A DNA stretch of 64,000 nucleotides from Selaginella moellendorffii (lineage: Eukaryota > Plantae > Lycopodiophyta): the NCBI RefSeq assembly GCF_000143415.4, contig NW_003314397.1, positions 278,515-342,514 of the forward strand. The letters are read 5' to 3'. Positions 51,518-64,000 of this stretch are shown here, piece by piece. Within the stretch, counting starts at the first letter, position 1. Each line of letters opens with the position of its first letter. Both the position numbers and the translations under genes were made by a program. The notes beneath the pieces were generated by a model. The model saw nothing but the letters and a program-made list of their open reading frames with translations, did no database searches and had not been told where the DNA came from.

Positions 51518-51529
51518 TGGTATCAGAGC
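51518..51529 (+). promoter_or_regulatory. Primer-binding site complementary to initiator tRNA-Met
   Basis: TGGTATCAGAGC, 3 nt after the LTR end. Confidence 0.92.
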
Positions 51530-54296
51530 TATTCTTTAGTCTGACTTTTATTGGTGCTCAAGTATATCACCACTAGTGTTGGCATCGGAAGGTCCTAGGA
51601 GTGGGCTTGTCTTTGAGGAGTAGCAAGTCGGGAAGACATGGCTCTCCACTACAGTTCACGTGTGAATTTGTAGGCAAGGTGGTGGATAAAAAAAAAAAAA
51701 AGGGGCCAGTAAGGGAATGACTTTGGGATCTTGGGAACAGTGTAAAGCTTTCCTCATTGAGTGAGGATGTGATCCAGATGAGCATTTGACGCAGCAAACA
51801 GGCTAACATAGTTGTGGTAAACAACTATAGTGGGATCACGGGAAAGATGCAAACTCCAATAGAGTAAAGGAGTCATAAGATTACCCATATATGGTTAAGG
51901 CTGGTACTCATAAATTTGAGACCGGAATTGTTGACCGTGGGAGGTCAAATACAGAAGAGGACACCAGTCCTTGAAATGGTAGCCGGGGCTACCTCTAATA
52001 AATGCTGGAACAACCCAAGGAGTTGGGGGTGTACTTAAAGATGAGTTGCTATGTTCATCACATGGACAAGTAGTCCTAAGGGGCAAAGGTTAGCCCCAAG
52101 AAAATCATCAAGTGTCAGAGTAACACTTGCAAAGATTGTCCTTGTGAGTAGGACATGAATACAAGAAGTTGTATTCCAGTGAGTTGGCACCGCTAAGACT
52201 GAGACCTCGTAGGTTGTTGGATTAGCAAAGTCCAAAATCCTGGATGACTCAAGTAGAGTCAGGGAATGGTCCTAAGGGATTGGTTGAAGCATGTGGACTG
52301 AGGTGTATGGTGCCCCATGAGGTATGGGGAGGATCATAAAAGATCCAAGTATGAGAACAGTAGGTATCTCATTGATGGCAGAATGTGCCATACTAAAGTT
52401 GTGGGAAAGATGTTCCCAGAAGAAAACAACTTTGGCCCAGAGTTGGGTGCAAATACTATGGTGCGGTGCTAACGGATAATTAGTATGAGGAACAACTATA
52501 TTGGTCTTGGCAAAGACCTAGACACTAATAAGTAGTGTCATAAGGATAGGCTCATGGGGCCAATGGTGTGGAGACACCAAATGTGCCAAGGTGTGATACT
52601 TTGAAGTTATGTTGGTGGGTTTATAAGAACCCCTTGCCAAGGGAATCCCAACAGAAATGGGAATAGCATAGCCTAAGCTGGAAGGCATGTGGTAGAGTGT
52701 GGTGACCAAAACAATGATGGAGGTGTGGAAGCACCAGCAATGAGTTGTAGGACTTGACAACTATGAGGCAACTAAGCAAGAGGTGCAAGATAATTGGTTA
52801 AACGGGTAGAGGGTAGCTACCCAAGACTTCTTAATAGCATAAGGAAGTTAGATATACCCTTACGGGGGATAAATTGCTTATGTTGCGATATAGTAAGTTA
52901 ATGTCGTGAACGGGAATGCTCATTGTCAAGAGGCCATCATTGGGACACCCAAACACTCTAGAACACCAAGAGGTGGTGTTTCGTGTCGCAAGGGTAATAG
53001 ATAAGGCCCAAGGGACTAAGTCCTTAGCAAATGATGGATAGAAGGTGCTATCCAAATGTCCAAGGTTGTGGAGATAGGAGAAGACTGTCTACCCGGATTG
53101 GACAAAGCCAAAAATGAAAGTTTGGCAAGGCTGGTGATGGGCATGTAAAGGCCCAAAAGCAGCAACGTTAATCCCGGTGTGTGGGATTATAAGGTGAGCA
53201 TGCCCAAGATTGAGGAACCACTCCCTAGGCTATCGGGTAAGTTCATCCCTAAGAATACTTGCTAAGGCATAGTAAAATGTGCAAAGCTATCCTCCTAGTC
53301 TGGAGGAGAATAACCAAAGGAAACATATGGGGTCAAAAGGCAAGTAGTATTGGGATGAAATTGAACCATAGAAATCGAAGGGCATATCCAACGGTGGTTA
53401 TGCAAGTTGGGAGTGGAGAACTAAGAGGGTGCTCGAGGATGTTGTTGCTAGCAACCGAGATGCCATAGAGAGTCTAAAATATGGAATTGTCCATGTTAGA
53501 CTATATGACAACTATAAAGCTTGCGAAAAGGGAGGCTTTAGCAAGTTAAGGGACAAAGTTCCTTCAAGGTTCCCAAAGATGATTCTAGGTAGCTTAGTAC
53601 CTAGAGAGGCCAAGTGTGAATGGTAAATGGAACGTGCGAAATCAGAGTGGCGCAGCAGAAGCGTGGTCTTAAAGCTTGCCATGAGACAAGGCTATCAAGG
53701 TTAGGGAAGTAGTTCCCAAGTGTTCAAAGAGAGGGCTTTGAACGAAAGTTGATGGTCAAGGACTTCCACGCTTATGCAGGAACCATGTTACAGTGGTCAA
53801 AGGACTTGCCAAGCGAGATTGGCAAGTCGGGGGAACAAATACCCTAGTTGAAGGTGATAACTTCAAAAAGGGTGGGCCATGGGGTCAAACATGGAGGAGT
53901 CCATGCATGATCACAGACGTGTCAAGTGAGAGGACTTGGCAGTGTGGAGGAACTAGGTTCCTAAGTTGTGATCTGTAGCGCGCTTTAAGTATAAGTTGGT
54001 GCACCGGCGTGGGGAGTCACGCCAGGCATTTAGGGTGATGCCGTCCGTAGATGCATATACAGAGGTTGGGTTCGAGTCCCAACCCTCTAGTGCTTGGGTT
54101 CGAGTCCCAAATCACTAGGGCGTGGTGATGGTTTGGAATATGAGGACACTCATATTTCGGTGGTCATGGACTCTCAGTGAGGAGATTGGTTTGGGCACAC
54201 CGCCAAGCGAGGGATGCCTCGGAGTCGTGATGCACGGTTAGATTGCTTAGAGTGAAAGCTTGGCATATCTAACTTGAACACTTTGGTGCAAAGGGC

Positions 54297-57200
54297 TGTA
54301 AGCGACTAAATGTTCCATTCTACTTTAGTCACTTAACCACACCTCTGACCACTTGGAGGAGTCTCATTCACAACCTCCATAAGTCCAATCCAGGACTTGG
54401 GACTTGCTAGCCCCGAGAATGGCATCCATGCCACTCAACATTTGCACTTGGTCCAAGTGCTCCACGTGTCCGATCCCATGACCGACACTCAAAGGTACCA
54501 CCGACATAGTAGCCCGTTACGCTAAGGCCATGCCCAATCACCTTTGCCACACTAGTAGTCCAATACCACTTGCATCACTCTCCAAGACTAGGCAAACCAT
54601 CCGTGAGTGGTCATCTTAGATCCACTCCTTAGCATCCTTAGGTTGCCCACCGACAAGGGGAATAGCCTTCCCCAACATCCCTCTGTCAGTCCCCACTAAG
54701 TCCCTTTCTGCCCCTGGCCGTGTTTGCCAACACTGCCACTGGATCGAGACCCACAGGCCCGACCACTAAGTCCCACGGTCCTCTGGGACTTCCTCACCAC
54801 ACGACTGTGTCCTTGGTCACTACCCCAGAGGACTGCTCCTCTTCCTTTCCACAGTCTGGGCCTTTGGGACAACATTTCGGAACACCGTGGCCTTACGTGA
54901 GCCACCTGGGTACTCTCCTCGCCTTCTGCCCTTGGGTGCTCTAGCCATGGGCTTAGAGCGGGTTCTGTTGAGCCACACCAGGTATCCAAGTAGGTAGTGC
55001 CACCCACACTTGGACTGGGAGCATCGGCCAGTTGATCTCCCGGGGGAACTAGAGCCGGCTCTTGAACACTTCACCAAGCTACCCCGCTTGTCGGTCCGTG
55101 TTCACTCTAGTCTTGGACTTCCCAGTGGTCAGCTCATCACCCAACACTGGGTCTGGCCTCCTGGGCCAAACTGGCCTTTCCTGGCCAAACTGGCTCCACT
55201 ACAGTCCTCCCCCTTACTATACTTTTGGAGCTCACCAAACCCCCTAGGGTCTGGGAGACGAACGCTTTGGGCTTTCACCCTCTCAGACTCGAACTCGGAC
55301 TCGGACTCGGACTCGGACTCGGACTCGGGCTCGGGCTCAGTCTCGGCCTCGGCCTCGGTCTCGTTCTCGGTCCCGGTTTCGGACTCGGACTCGGTCTCGG
55401 TCGCGGCCTCGGTCTCGGTCTCGGTCTCGGTTCCATCTCGGACTCCATCTCGGACTCCATCTCGGGTCCATCTCGGACCCCATCTCGGGTCCATCTCGGA
55501 CTCCATATCGGACTCCGTCTCGGTCCATCTCGGACTCCATCTCGGACCCCGTCTCGGTCCATCTCGGACTCCATATCGGACTCCGTCTCGGTCCATCTCG
55601 GACTCCTTCTTGGACTCCGTCTCGGTCCATCTCGGACCCCATATCGGGTCCATCTCGGACTCCACTTCGGACTCGAACTCGAGTCCATCTCGGACACTTC
55701 CACGTGTCATGTGTTGGTCCTTTTGGGTCCCTTTTTGGAGCCTCACTTTTTGCTCGCTTCGTGCTCGTTCCTCGAGCACTTCGTTGGGAGTTCCACTCCC
55801 GCTCTTGACTTTTCAAGTCGGAGCTTTTGGTCCAAACGTGTTACGCTTGTTTGGCTCTCGCTTCGGCCACTACCACGTGGCACCCTTCCGGCTCCACTTT
55901 GGGGCCTAGGGATTTTGTGTCTCACAACTCCACCACCCATAGACGAAGTTTGATGTCCTCATCGAACGGTAAACCATTTTGTTAAGTAACACCCGCATGT
56001 GTTACCATTTCCATCCTTGGCACCTAGCCAATATTTGTCAATGGTTTGACATTGAAGGCTCACCATGCCTTCTCCATATTCGTCAATGGTTTGACATTGA
56101 AGGCTCACCATGCCTTTTGCATATGCCTCAATGGTTTGACACCAAAGGCTCACCATGCCTTGCCTATCCTCTAAGGAGGGTAGTCTCTCCCACTTAGAGA
56201 CTGATTGGACCACATGTAATGGTTCTCTCCTTTTATTGGTTTAGTTCTCGCTAAACCTCTTAGAGACCCTTCTCTAAGTCAATCCCACTACTCCTTCTCG
56301 AGTAGTCTCAATTTCCATCTATTGAATGTTTGCACCTTGGAACTTTTACTCTTTTGACTTTTGGAAGTCAATTTCCTAGGTGTCTCCAACACCTTGCATT
56401 GCACAGATTGTGCAACTCCACTTCCCTATCCTAGGAAGTTCATTACTTGAGGGCACCATCATCCTCTCTTCTATTTCGTGCCACCTTGGGCACTAAGTTC
56501 CATTTATCACACTTTGTGCTAGGGTTGTCCATTGCCCTATCATTTGGCTACCTTACCGCTCCCTCCCTTGGAGCTTCCACTTTCGCCAAATCGGAGCAAT
56601 TCGGAATCCATCCTTGGAAACACACTTCCTTTCCCGCGATTTGTTAGCGTCCAACACATTAGTGTTCCTCGCCTAACTTTGTCACTTGGATTCCTTCCAA
56701 GGGATTCCACGGCCCTATCTTGGCCACTCATCTTTTGCTCCTATCTGTTGATTGTTGCACCAAGCAACATCGAATCTCTACCTCCTTGAGGTATTCTTTT
56801 GATTCCATAGCAAAGGCTCTGCTTTGCCAAGACTAGGGTGTTCACCCCTAGTAAGTCTCTTTTAGCATCTTCTGCTGTGGGCTCTATCCTCGGCCCAACT
56901 TTGTGACCCTCTCATGGGTCTCTTTAGAGACTACTTTCCTTGGACACACTATGCCATCGCAATGACATAGCTCATTTCCCTAAGGTGCTTTTCCCACTTG
57001 GTCACCTTGACCAAGCCACACCATCATCAATAGTTCAAATCAACACTTTGAACTAGGAACCTTATTCCTTAACCCAAACAAGGACCTTGTCCTTATTTAG
57101 CCACAAGATCACCTAGTGATCTCACCTCGGCACCTTAACAGGTTTGCCAATAGGTACTAGGTCTTCCAGACCTTTAACTTGCTAACTACGACCCCGGGGG

Positions 57201-59549
57201 CATCCCCCACACTTGGCGGTGCGCCCAAGCCAGCCCTTCCGGCCAAGGGTCCATAGCAACTGAGATTAGGTGTCCCCATCTCACTCACCACGTCCTTGGT
57301 GCCATTTGCACCAAAGCGTTCAAGTTAGATATGCTGAGCTTTCACACTAAGCAATCTAACCGTGCATCACGACTCCGAGGCATCCCTCGCTTGGCGGTGT
57401 GCCCAAACCAGTCTCCACACTGAGAGTCCATGACCACCGAAATATGAGTGTCCTCATATTCCAAACCATCACCACGCCCTAGTGATTTGGGACTCGAACC
57501 CAAGCACTAGAGGGTCGGGACTCGAACCCAACCTCCGTATATGCATCTACGGATGGCATCACACCGGATGCCTGGCGTGACTCCCCACGCCGGTGCACCA
57601 ACTTATTTTTAAAGCGTGCTACAGATCACAACTTAGGAACCTAGTTCCCCCGCACTGCCAAGTCCTCCCACTTGACAAGTTTGTGATCATGCATGGACTC
57701 CTCCATGCTTGGCCCCATGGCCCACCCTTTTTGAAGTTATCACCTTCAACTAGGGTATTTGTTCCCCTGACTTGCCAATCTCGCTTGGCAAGTCCTCTGA
57801 CCACTGTAACATGGTTCTTGCACAAGCGTGAAAGTCCTTCACCATCGACTTTCGTTCAAAGCCCTCTCTTTGAACACTCGGGAACTACTTCCCTAACCTT
57901 GACAGCCTTGCCTCATGGCAAGCTTCAAGACCATGCTTCTGCTGCGCCACTCTGATTTCGCACGTTCTATGAACCATTTACACTTGGCCTTTCTAGGTAC
58001 TAAGCTACCTAGAATCGTCTTCGGGAACCTTGAAGGAACTCTGTCCCTTAGCTTGCTAAGGCCTCCCTTTTTGCAAGCTTTCCAATTGCCACATAGTTTA
58101 ACATGGACAATTCCATATTTTAGACTCTCCATGGCATCACGGTTGCTAGCGGCAACACCCTCGAGCCCCCACTTGATTCTCCACTCCCAGATGGCATGAC
58201 CAACCTTGGTTATGCCCTTCGATTCCTATGGTTCGGTTTCATCCCCTTACTTCTTGCTTTTGGCTTCACACCTTTCCTTCGGTCATTTTCCTCTAGACCA
58301 GGAGGATAGCTTTGCACTTTCTATCATGCCTTAGCAAATATTCTTAGGGATGAACCTACCCAATAGCCCAGGGAGTGGTTCCTCAATCCGGGTATGCTCA
58401 CCTTATAATCCCACACACTGGGATTACATTGTTGCTTATGGGCCTTTTTATGCCCATCACTAGCCTTGCCAAAATTCCATTCTTGGCTTTGTCCAACTCA
58501 GGTAGACAGTCTTGTCCTGTCTCCGCAACCTTGGACATTTGGATAGCACCTTCTATCCATCATTCGCTAGGGACTTAGTCCCTTGGGCTTTATCCATTGC
58601 CCTCGCGACATCAAACACCACCTTCTGGTGTTCTAGAGTGTTCGGGTGTCTTAATGATGGCTTTCTTGACAATGAGTATTTCCTTTTATGACATTGACTT
58701 ACTATATCGCAACACAAGCAACTTATCCCCCGTAAGGGTATATCCGACTTCCCTATGCTATTAAGAAGTCTTGGGTAGCTACCTTCTACCCGTTTAACCA
58801 GTTATTTTGCACCTCTTGCTTAGTTGTCTCATAGTTGTCAAGTCCTACAACTCATTGCTTGGTGCTTTCACACCTCCATCATTATCTGGGTCACCACACT
58901 CTAACTGCATGCTCTGCAGCTTAGGTTATGCCATTCCCATTTCCATTGGGATTCCTTTGGCAAGGGGTTCTCATGAACCCACCAACATAGCCTCAAGGTA
59001 CCACACCTTGGCACATTTGGTGTCTCCACACCATCGGCTCCATGAGCCTACCTCTATGACACTTTCCCTTCGTGTCTAAGTCTTTGCCAAGACCAACACC
59101 GCTCTTTCTCATGCCAACCATCCGTTAACACTGCACCATAGAGGTCACACACAACTTTGTGTCAAAGTTGTTTTCTTCTGGGAACACCTTTCCCATAACT
59201 TTAGCATGCCACATTTTGCCATCGATGAGATACCCTCTGTTCTCATCCTTGGATCCTATGATCCCCCCCCATCCTTTGTGGGGTACAACACACCTTAGTC
59301 CAAATGCTTCCATCAGTCCTTTTAGGACCATCCCTTGACTCTACTTGAGTCATCCAGCAGTTTTGGACTTGGTTAATCGCTTCGTGCTCGTTCCTCGAGC
59401 ACTTCGTTGGGAGTTCCACTCCCGCTCTTGACTTTTCAAGTCGGAGCTTTTGGTCCAAACATGTTACGCTTGTTTGGCTCTCGCTTCGGCCACTACCACG
59501 TGGCACCCTTCCGGCTCCACTTTGGGGCCTAGGGATTTTGTGTCTCACA
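54297..59549 (-). mobile_element. Element B2: same family as B1, inserted in inverted orientation inside B1, internally deleted
   Basis: Perfect TSD AGGGC at 54292-54296 and 59550-59554; full 3' LTR at 54297-55926, PPT, and a 5' LTR remnant at about 59377-59549 only; PBS lost. Confidence 0.92.
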
Positions 59550-60848
59550 AGGGCACCAAAGACGTGGTGAATGAGATGGAGACACCCAAGTCTCAGTTGC
59601 TATGGATCCTTGGCCGAAAGGGCTGGCTTGGGCGCACCGCCAAGTGTGGGGGATGCCCCCGGGGTCATAGTCAACAACTTAGAAGGGTTTGGAAAACCTA
59701 GTTCCTATTGATAAACCTATTAAGGGGTCAAGATGAGATCACTAGGTGATCTTGTGGCTAAACAAGGACAAAGTCTTTGTTTGGGTTAAGGAATATGATT
59801 CCTAGTTCAAAGTGTTGATTTGAACTATTGATAAAGGTGTGGCTTGGTCGAGGTGACCAAGTGGAAAGAATATCTAAGGGAAATGAACTATGTCAATGCT
59901 ATAGCATAGTAAGTCCAAGGAAAGTAGTTTCTATAAGAGATCCAAGGGAGGGTCTCAAAAAGTTGGGCCGTGGATAGAGCCCACGACAGAAAATGTTAAA
60001 GAGACGTACTAGAGGTGAACACCCTCTAGACTTGGAAAAACAAAGTGTTTGCTATGGAACCGAAAGGAAACCTGAAAAATGGAGGTAGCGATCCTATGTT
60101 GCTGGGTGCAACAATCAAGGATAGGAGCAAAAGACTAGTGGCTAAGAAAAGAGCCATGGGAATCATGGGAAAGAATCCAAATGGCAAAGTTAGGCCGAGA
60201 ACACTAATGTGTTGGGTGCTAATGGAATATGGGAAAGGCAATGTTTCCCCAAGGATGGATTCCCAACTGCTCCGATTTGGCGAAAGTGGATGCTCCAAAG
60301 GGGGGAGCGGTAAGGTAGCCAAATAATAGGGCCATGGGCAGCCCTAGCACCAATTATGATAACTGGAACTTAGTGCCTAAAGGTGGCACGATATCGAAGA
60401 GAGGATGATGGTACCCTCAAGTAAAGAACTTCCTAGGATAGGGAAGTGGAGTTGCACCATGTGCAACATAAAGTGTCGGAGACACCTGGGAAATTGACTC
60501 GGAGAAGTCAAAATTAAAAGTTCCAAAATGCAGAGGTTATGTCAATAGAATCTGAAACTACTAAAGAATGAGTAGTGGAATTGAGTTAGAGAGGGTGTCT
60601 TTAACGGGTTTAGCGAGAACTGAACCAATAAAAGGGAGCAAACCACCCTAGGTGGTCGAGTGAGTCTCTATGTTGGAGAGATTATGCTCCTTAGAGGATG
60701 GACAAGGCATGGTGAGCCTTCGGGGTCAAACCATAGACAAATATTGGCTGGGTGCCAAGGATGGAAATGGTAATACCTGCGGGTGTTACTTTATAAAAGG
60801 GTTTACCGTTCGATGAGGACATTGAACTTCGTTTATGGGTGGTGGAGT

Positions 60849-62529
60849 TGTGAAACACAAATTCCCTAGGCCCCAAAGTGGAGCCGGAAGGGTGCCACGT
60901 GGTAGTGGACAAAGCGAAAGCCAAACGAGCGTAACACGTTTGGACTAAAAGCTTCGACTTGAAAGATTGAGAGCGGGAGTGGAACTCCCAACAAAGTGCT
61001 CGAGGAACAAGCACAAAGCGAGCAATAAGCGAGGCTCCAAAAAGGGACCCAAAAGGACCAACATATGACACGTGGAAGTGTCCGAGATGGAGTCCGAGAT
61101 GGACCCGAGTTGGAGTCCGAGATGGAGTCCGAGATGGACCAAGACGGAGTCCGAGATGGAGTCCAAGGTGGAGTCCGAGGTGGAGTCCGAGGTGGAGTCC
61201 GAGATGGAGTCCGAGCTGGACCGAGATGGAGTCCGAGATGGAGTCCGAGGTGGAGTCCGAAGTGGAGTCCGAGATGGAGTCCGAGATGGACCGAGATGGA
61301 GTCCGAGATGGAGTCCGAGATGGACCGAGACAGAGGCCGAGATGGAGTCCGAGATGGACCCGAGATGGAATCCGAGATGGAGTCCGAGAAGGAACCGAGA
61401 TGGAGTCCGAGGTCAAGACCAAGACCGGGACCGAGACCGGGACCGAGACCGAGACCAAGACCGAGACCGGGACCGGGACCGAGACCGAGACCGAGGCGGA
61501 GGCCGAGACCGAGCCCGAGTCCGAGTCCGAGTCCGAGTCCAAGTCCGAGTCCGAGCCCGAGTTCGAGTTTGAGAGGGTGAAAGCCCAAAGCGTTCGTCTC
61601 CCAGACCCTGGGGGGTTTGGTGAGCTCAAAAAGTATAGGAGGGCCAGTGTAGCCCAGGAAGGCCAGACCCAGTGTTGGGTGATGAACTGACCACTAGGAA
61701 GTCCAAGACTAGAGTGAATACAGACCGACAAGTGAGGTAGCTTGGTGAANNNNNNNNNNNNNNNNNNNNNNNNNNNNNNNNNNNNNNNNNNNNNNNNNNN
61801 NNNNNNNNNNNNNNNNNNNNNNNNNNNNNNNNNNNNNNNNNNNNNNNNNNNNNNNNNNNNNNCTAAGCCCATGGCTAGAGCACCTAGAGGCGGAAGACGG
61901 GGAGAGTACCCATGAGGCCCGTGTAGGGCCATGGTGTTCCGAAATGTTGTCCCAAAGTCCCAGACTGTGGAAAGAAAGAGGAGTAGTCCTTTGGAGTAAA
62001 GACCAAAGATATAGTCGTGTGGCGAGGAAGTCCCAGAGGACCGTGGGACTTAGTGGTCGGGCCTGTGGGCCTCGATCCAGTGGCAGTGTTGGCAAACACG
62101 GCCCTGAGCAGAAAGGGACTTGGTGGGGACCAGAAAGGGGATATTGGGGAAGGCTATTCCCCATGTCTGAGGGCATCCTAAGGATGCAAGGAGTGGATCT
62201 GGGATGATCATTTATGGACGGATGGCCCAGTCTTGGAGAGACGGGATTGCAATGCAGGTGGTGTTAGACCACTGATATGACCAAGGTGAAGGAGCATGGC
62301 CTAGCGTAACGGGCTCATATATCGGTGGTACCTTAGGGTGTCGGTTATGGGATCGGACACGTGGAGCACTTGGACCAAGTGCAAAGGTTGAGTGCCATGG
62401 ATGCCATTCTCGGGGTTAGCAAGCCCTAAGTCCTGAATGGGACTTATGGAGGTTGTGAATGAGACTCCTCCAAGTGGTCGAAGGTGTGGTTAAGTGACTA
62501 AAGTAGAATGGAAAAATTAGTCAATTACA
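60849..62529 (+). repeat. 3' LTR of element B1 (contains an assembly gap at 61750-61862)
   Basis: Colinear with 49760-51514; ends TCAATTACA. Confidence 0.92.
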
Positions 62530-63037
62530 TTGTGGAGTACAAAGTGGATGATTTGGTGTTAGTCCGTTTTCCCCATCTTACGGTACGTGGTTTATCTAAG
62601 GGGCTCCTTGCACAGTGGAAAGGACCGTATCGGGTGTTGCGGCAAGTTGGACCATAAGTTTATGAGGTTCGGCATGATGTCCAACAGGCTGATCCTCCAG
62701 AGATTGTGCATGTGCAGCGGTTGAAACGCTTCATACAAAGGGATCAGGAGTGGTTAATACCATCTACAAATCTGCCGATGCCTCCTCTTAATGTTCTTCC
62801 AAATCCCGGCCCGTCTACAAGAGAACCCTGATGGTCTTCTATTATTCCGAGAGGAGGGATGATGTGAGGGCCAAGTGTACGGTTATGATGCTATATACTA
62901 ATATTAGCGTAGTGGGATTTTGGTAGCTATCGGATTGGTTTCAATCTGGACCATTCGCTCTTGTATATAAGCTAGGGTTTTTGGGCTAATTGATATGCAC
63001 ATTTCTGTATTCCCTTTCCATATTCCATGCACTCACA
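62530..63037 (+). mobile_element. Element A continued: integrase GPY/F tail, PPT and 175-bp 3' LTR
   Basis: EYKVDDLVLV...WKGPYRVL...HVQRLKRF; purine tract GAGAGGAGGGATGA then LTR TGTGAG (62863) ... CTCACA (63037). Confidence 0.88.
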
Positions 63038-63575
63038 GAACTAGTCTAAATTTTAGTGTGTAATGGATTTAGTTAATGTAGTGTAATATTTTTGTTATTG
63101 AAAAAATTAGTAGAAGGTTATATAATCTATAGTTTTGTTGATGGATATGAAAACTTTTTTGGTTTGCTTAAGCAAACCTATAGATGGTAGTGGATATACG
63201 TAGAATGCTTGGATATTCTAGAATATTCTACCATCTAATGGTTGGTATTCATTTAGATTAATCTGGTATTTATAATTTATAAACATGTTTATAATTTATG
63301 AACTTTCCTAAACCCCTTCTAGTATATTCTTTTTTATACTATCATCTAATGGTTGATATGCAATAAGATTAATCTTGTGTTTCTAAATTACAAACATGCT
63401 TATAATTATAAACTTTATTTGATCAATTAGATTAATAAGTAATAATAAAACTACCATTAAGCAAACCAAGCATTGCTACATGCAATGTATAGCAATTTAT
63501 TTTAATAAACATGAAGATAATAATCAATAATATCTTCAAACATTACTTAATACTATTATACCTAATTCTTAAATA

Positions 63576-63656
63576 ATATATGTATATATATATGTATATG
63601 TATATATGTATGTATGTATGTATATGTATATATATATGTATGTATGTATGTATGTA

Positions 63657-63689
<33 letters not shown>

Positions 63690-64000
63690 ATATGTATGTA
63701 TGTATGTATGTATATATATATATGTATGTATGTATGTATGTATATATGTATGTATGTATGTATGTATATATGTATATGTATGTGTATGTATGTATGTATG
63801 TGTATGTATGTATATATGTGTATGTATATGTATGTATATATATAAATATACATACATATACATATATATATATGTATGTATATATGTATGTATATATGTA
63901 TGTATGTATGTATGTATATGTATGTATGTATGTATATATATGTATGTATGTATATATATATGTATGTATATATATATGTATATATATGTATATGGATGTA
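63576..64000. repeat. Compound (TA)n/(TATG)n microsatellite running off the window
   Basis: Direct observation. Confidence 0.97.

Larger units (their letters stand above)
49760..62529 (+). mobile_element. Non-autonomous (LARD-like) LTR retroelement B1 inserted in element A
   Basis: Direct LTRs 49760-51514 and 60849-62529 (TG...CA), PBS, PPT ATGGGTGGTGGAGT at 60835-60848, degenerate TSD CTGCG/TTGTG; no RT/INT motifs recognised. Confidence 0.9.

Noticed and set aside
54061-54118. tRNA gene
   Set aside because: Only T-arm-like hairpins; I could not build a D-arm, anticodon arm or acceptor stem.
49760-55926. DIRS/tyrosine-recombinase element or large-TIR transposon suggested by the inverted long repeats
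   Set aside because: The inversion is fully explained by B2 inserted antisense with an AGGGC TSD; PBS, PPT and TG...CA ends indicate ordinary LTRs.
63543-63863. YIHT and YVCM repeat ORFs
   Set aside because: Translations of the TA/TATG microsatellite.

Overview
Eukaryotic plant nuclear DNA. Very short introns (~50-80 nt), tiny intergenic spacers and short-repeat PPR genes suggest a compact lycophyte-type genome such as Selaginella (inference). Bases 1-47.3 kb are a dense block of spliced conserved genes: DWF5, TMEM184/DUF300, MPDU1, NTRC, VIT-like, LRR, PRMT7, PPR-E, MED13, PECT1, SAE2, S2P, a SPARK-domain receptor kinase, an SCP1-like phosphatase and PEPC. This block is interrupted by a ~9 kb accessory island (~11-19.9 kb) carrying an intact Crinkler/CR-like gene (SAM-like header + P-loop NTPase + PD-(D/E)xK nuclease + Cys/His finger + NLS) among relics. 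From ~49 kb there is a three-layer retroelement nest. A Ty3/gypsy integrase is split by a non-autonomous LTR element with 1.7 kb minisatellite-bearing LTRs, an iMet PBS, no recognisable pol, and a conserved hairpin cluster with two tRNA T-loop/B-box motifs. That element is itself split by an inverted member of its own family. The window ends in a TA/TATG microsatellite. Gene models and family assignments were made by eye from recalled motifs; no searches were run.
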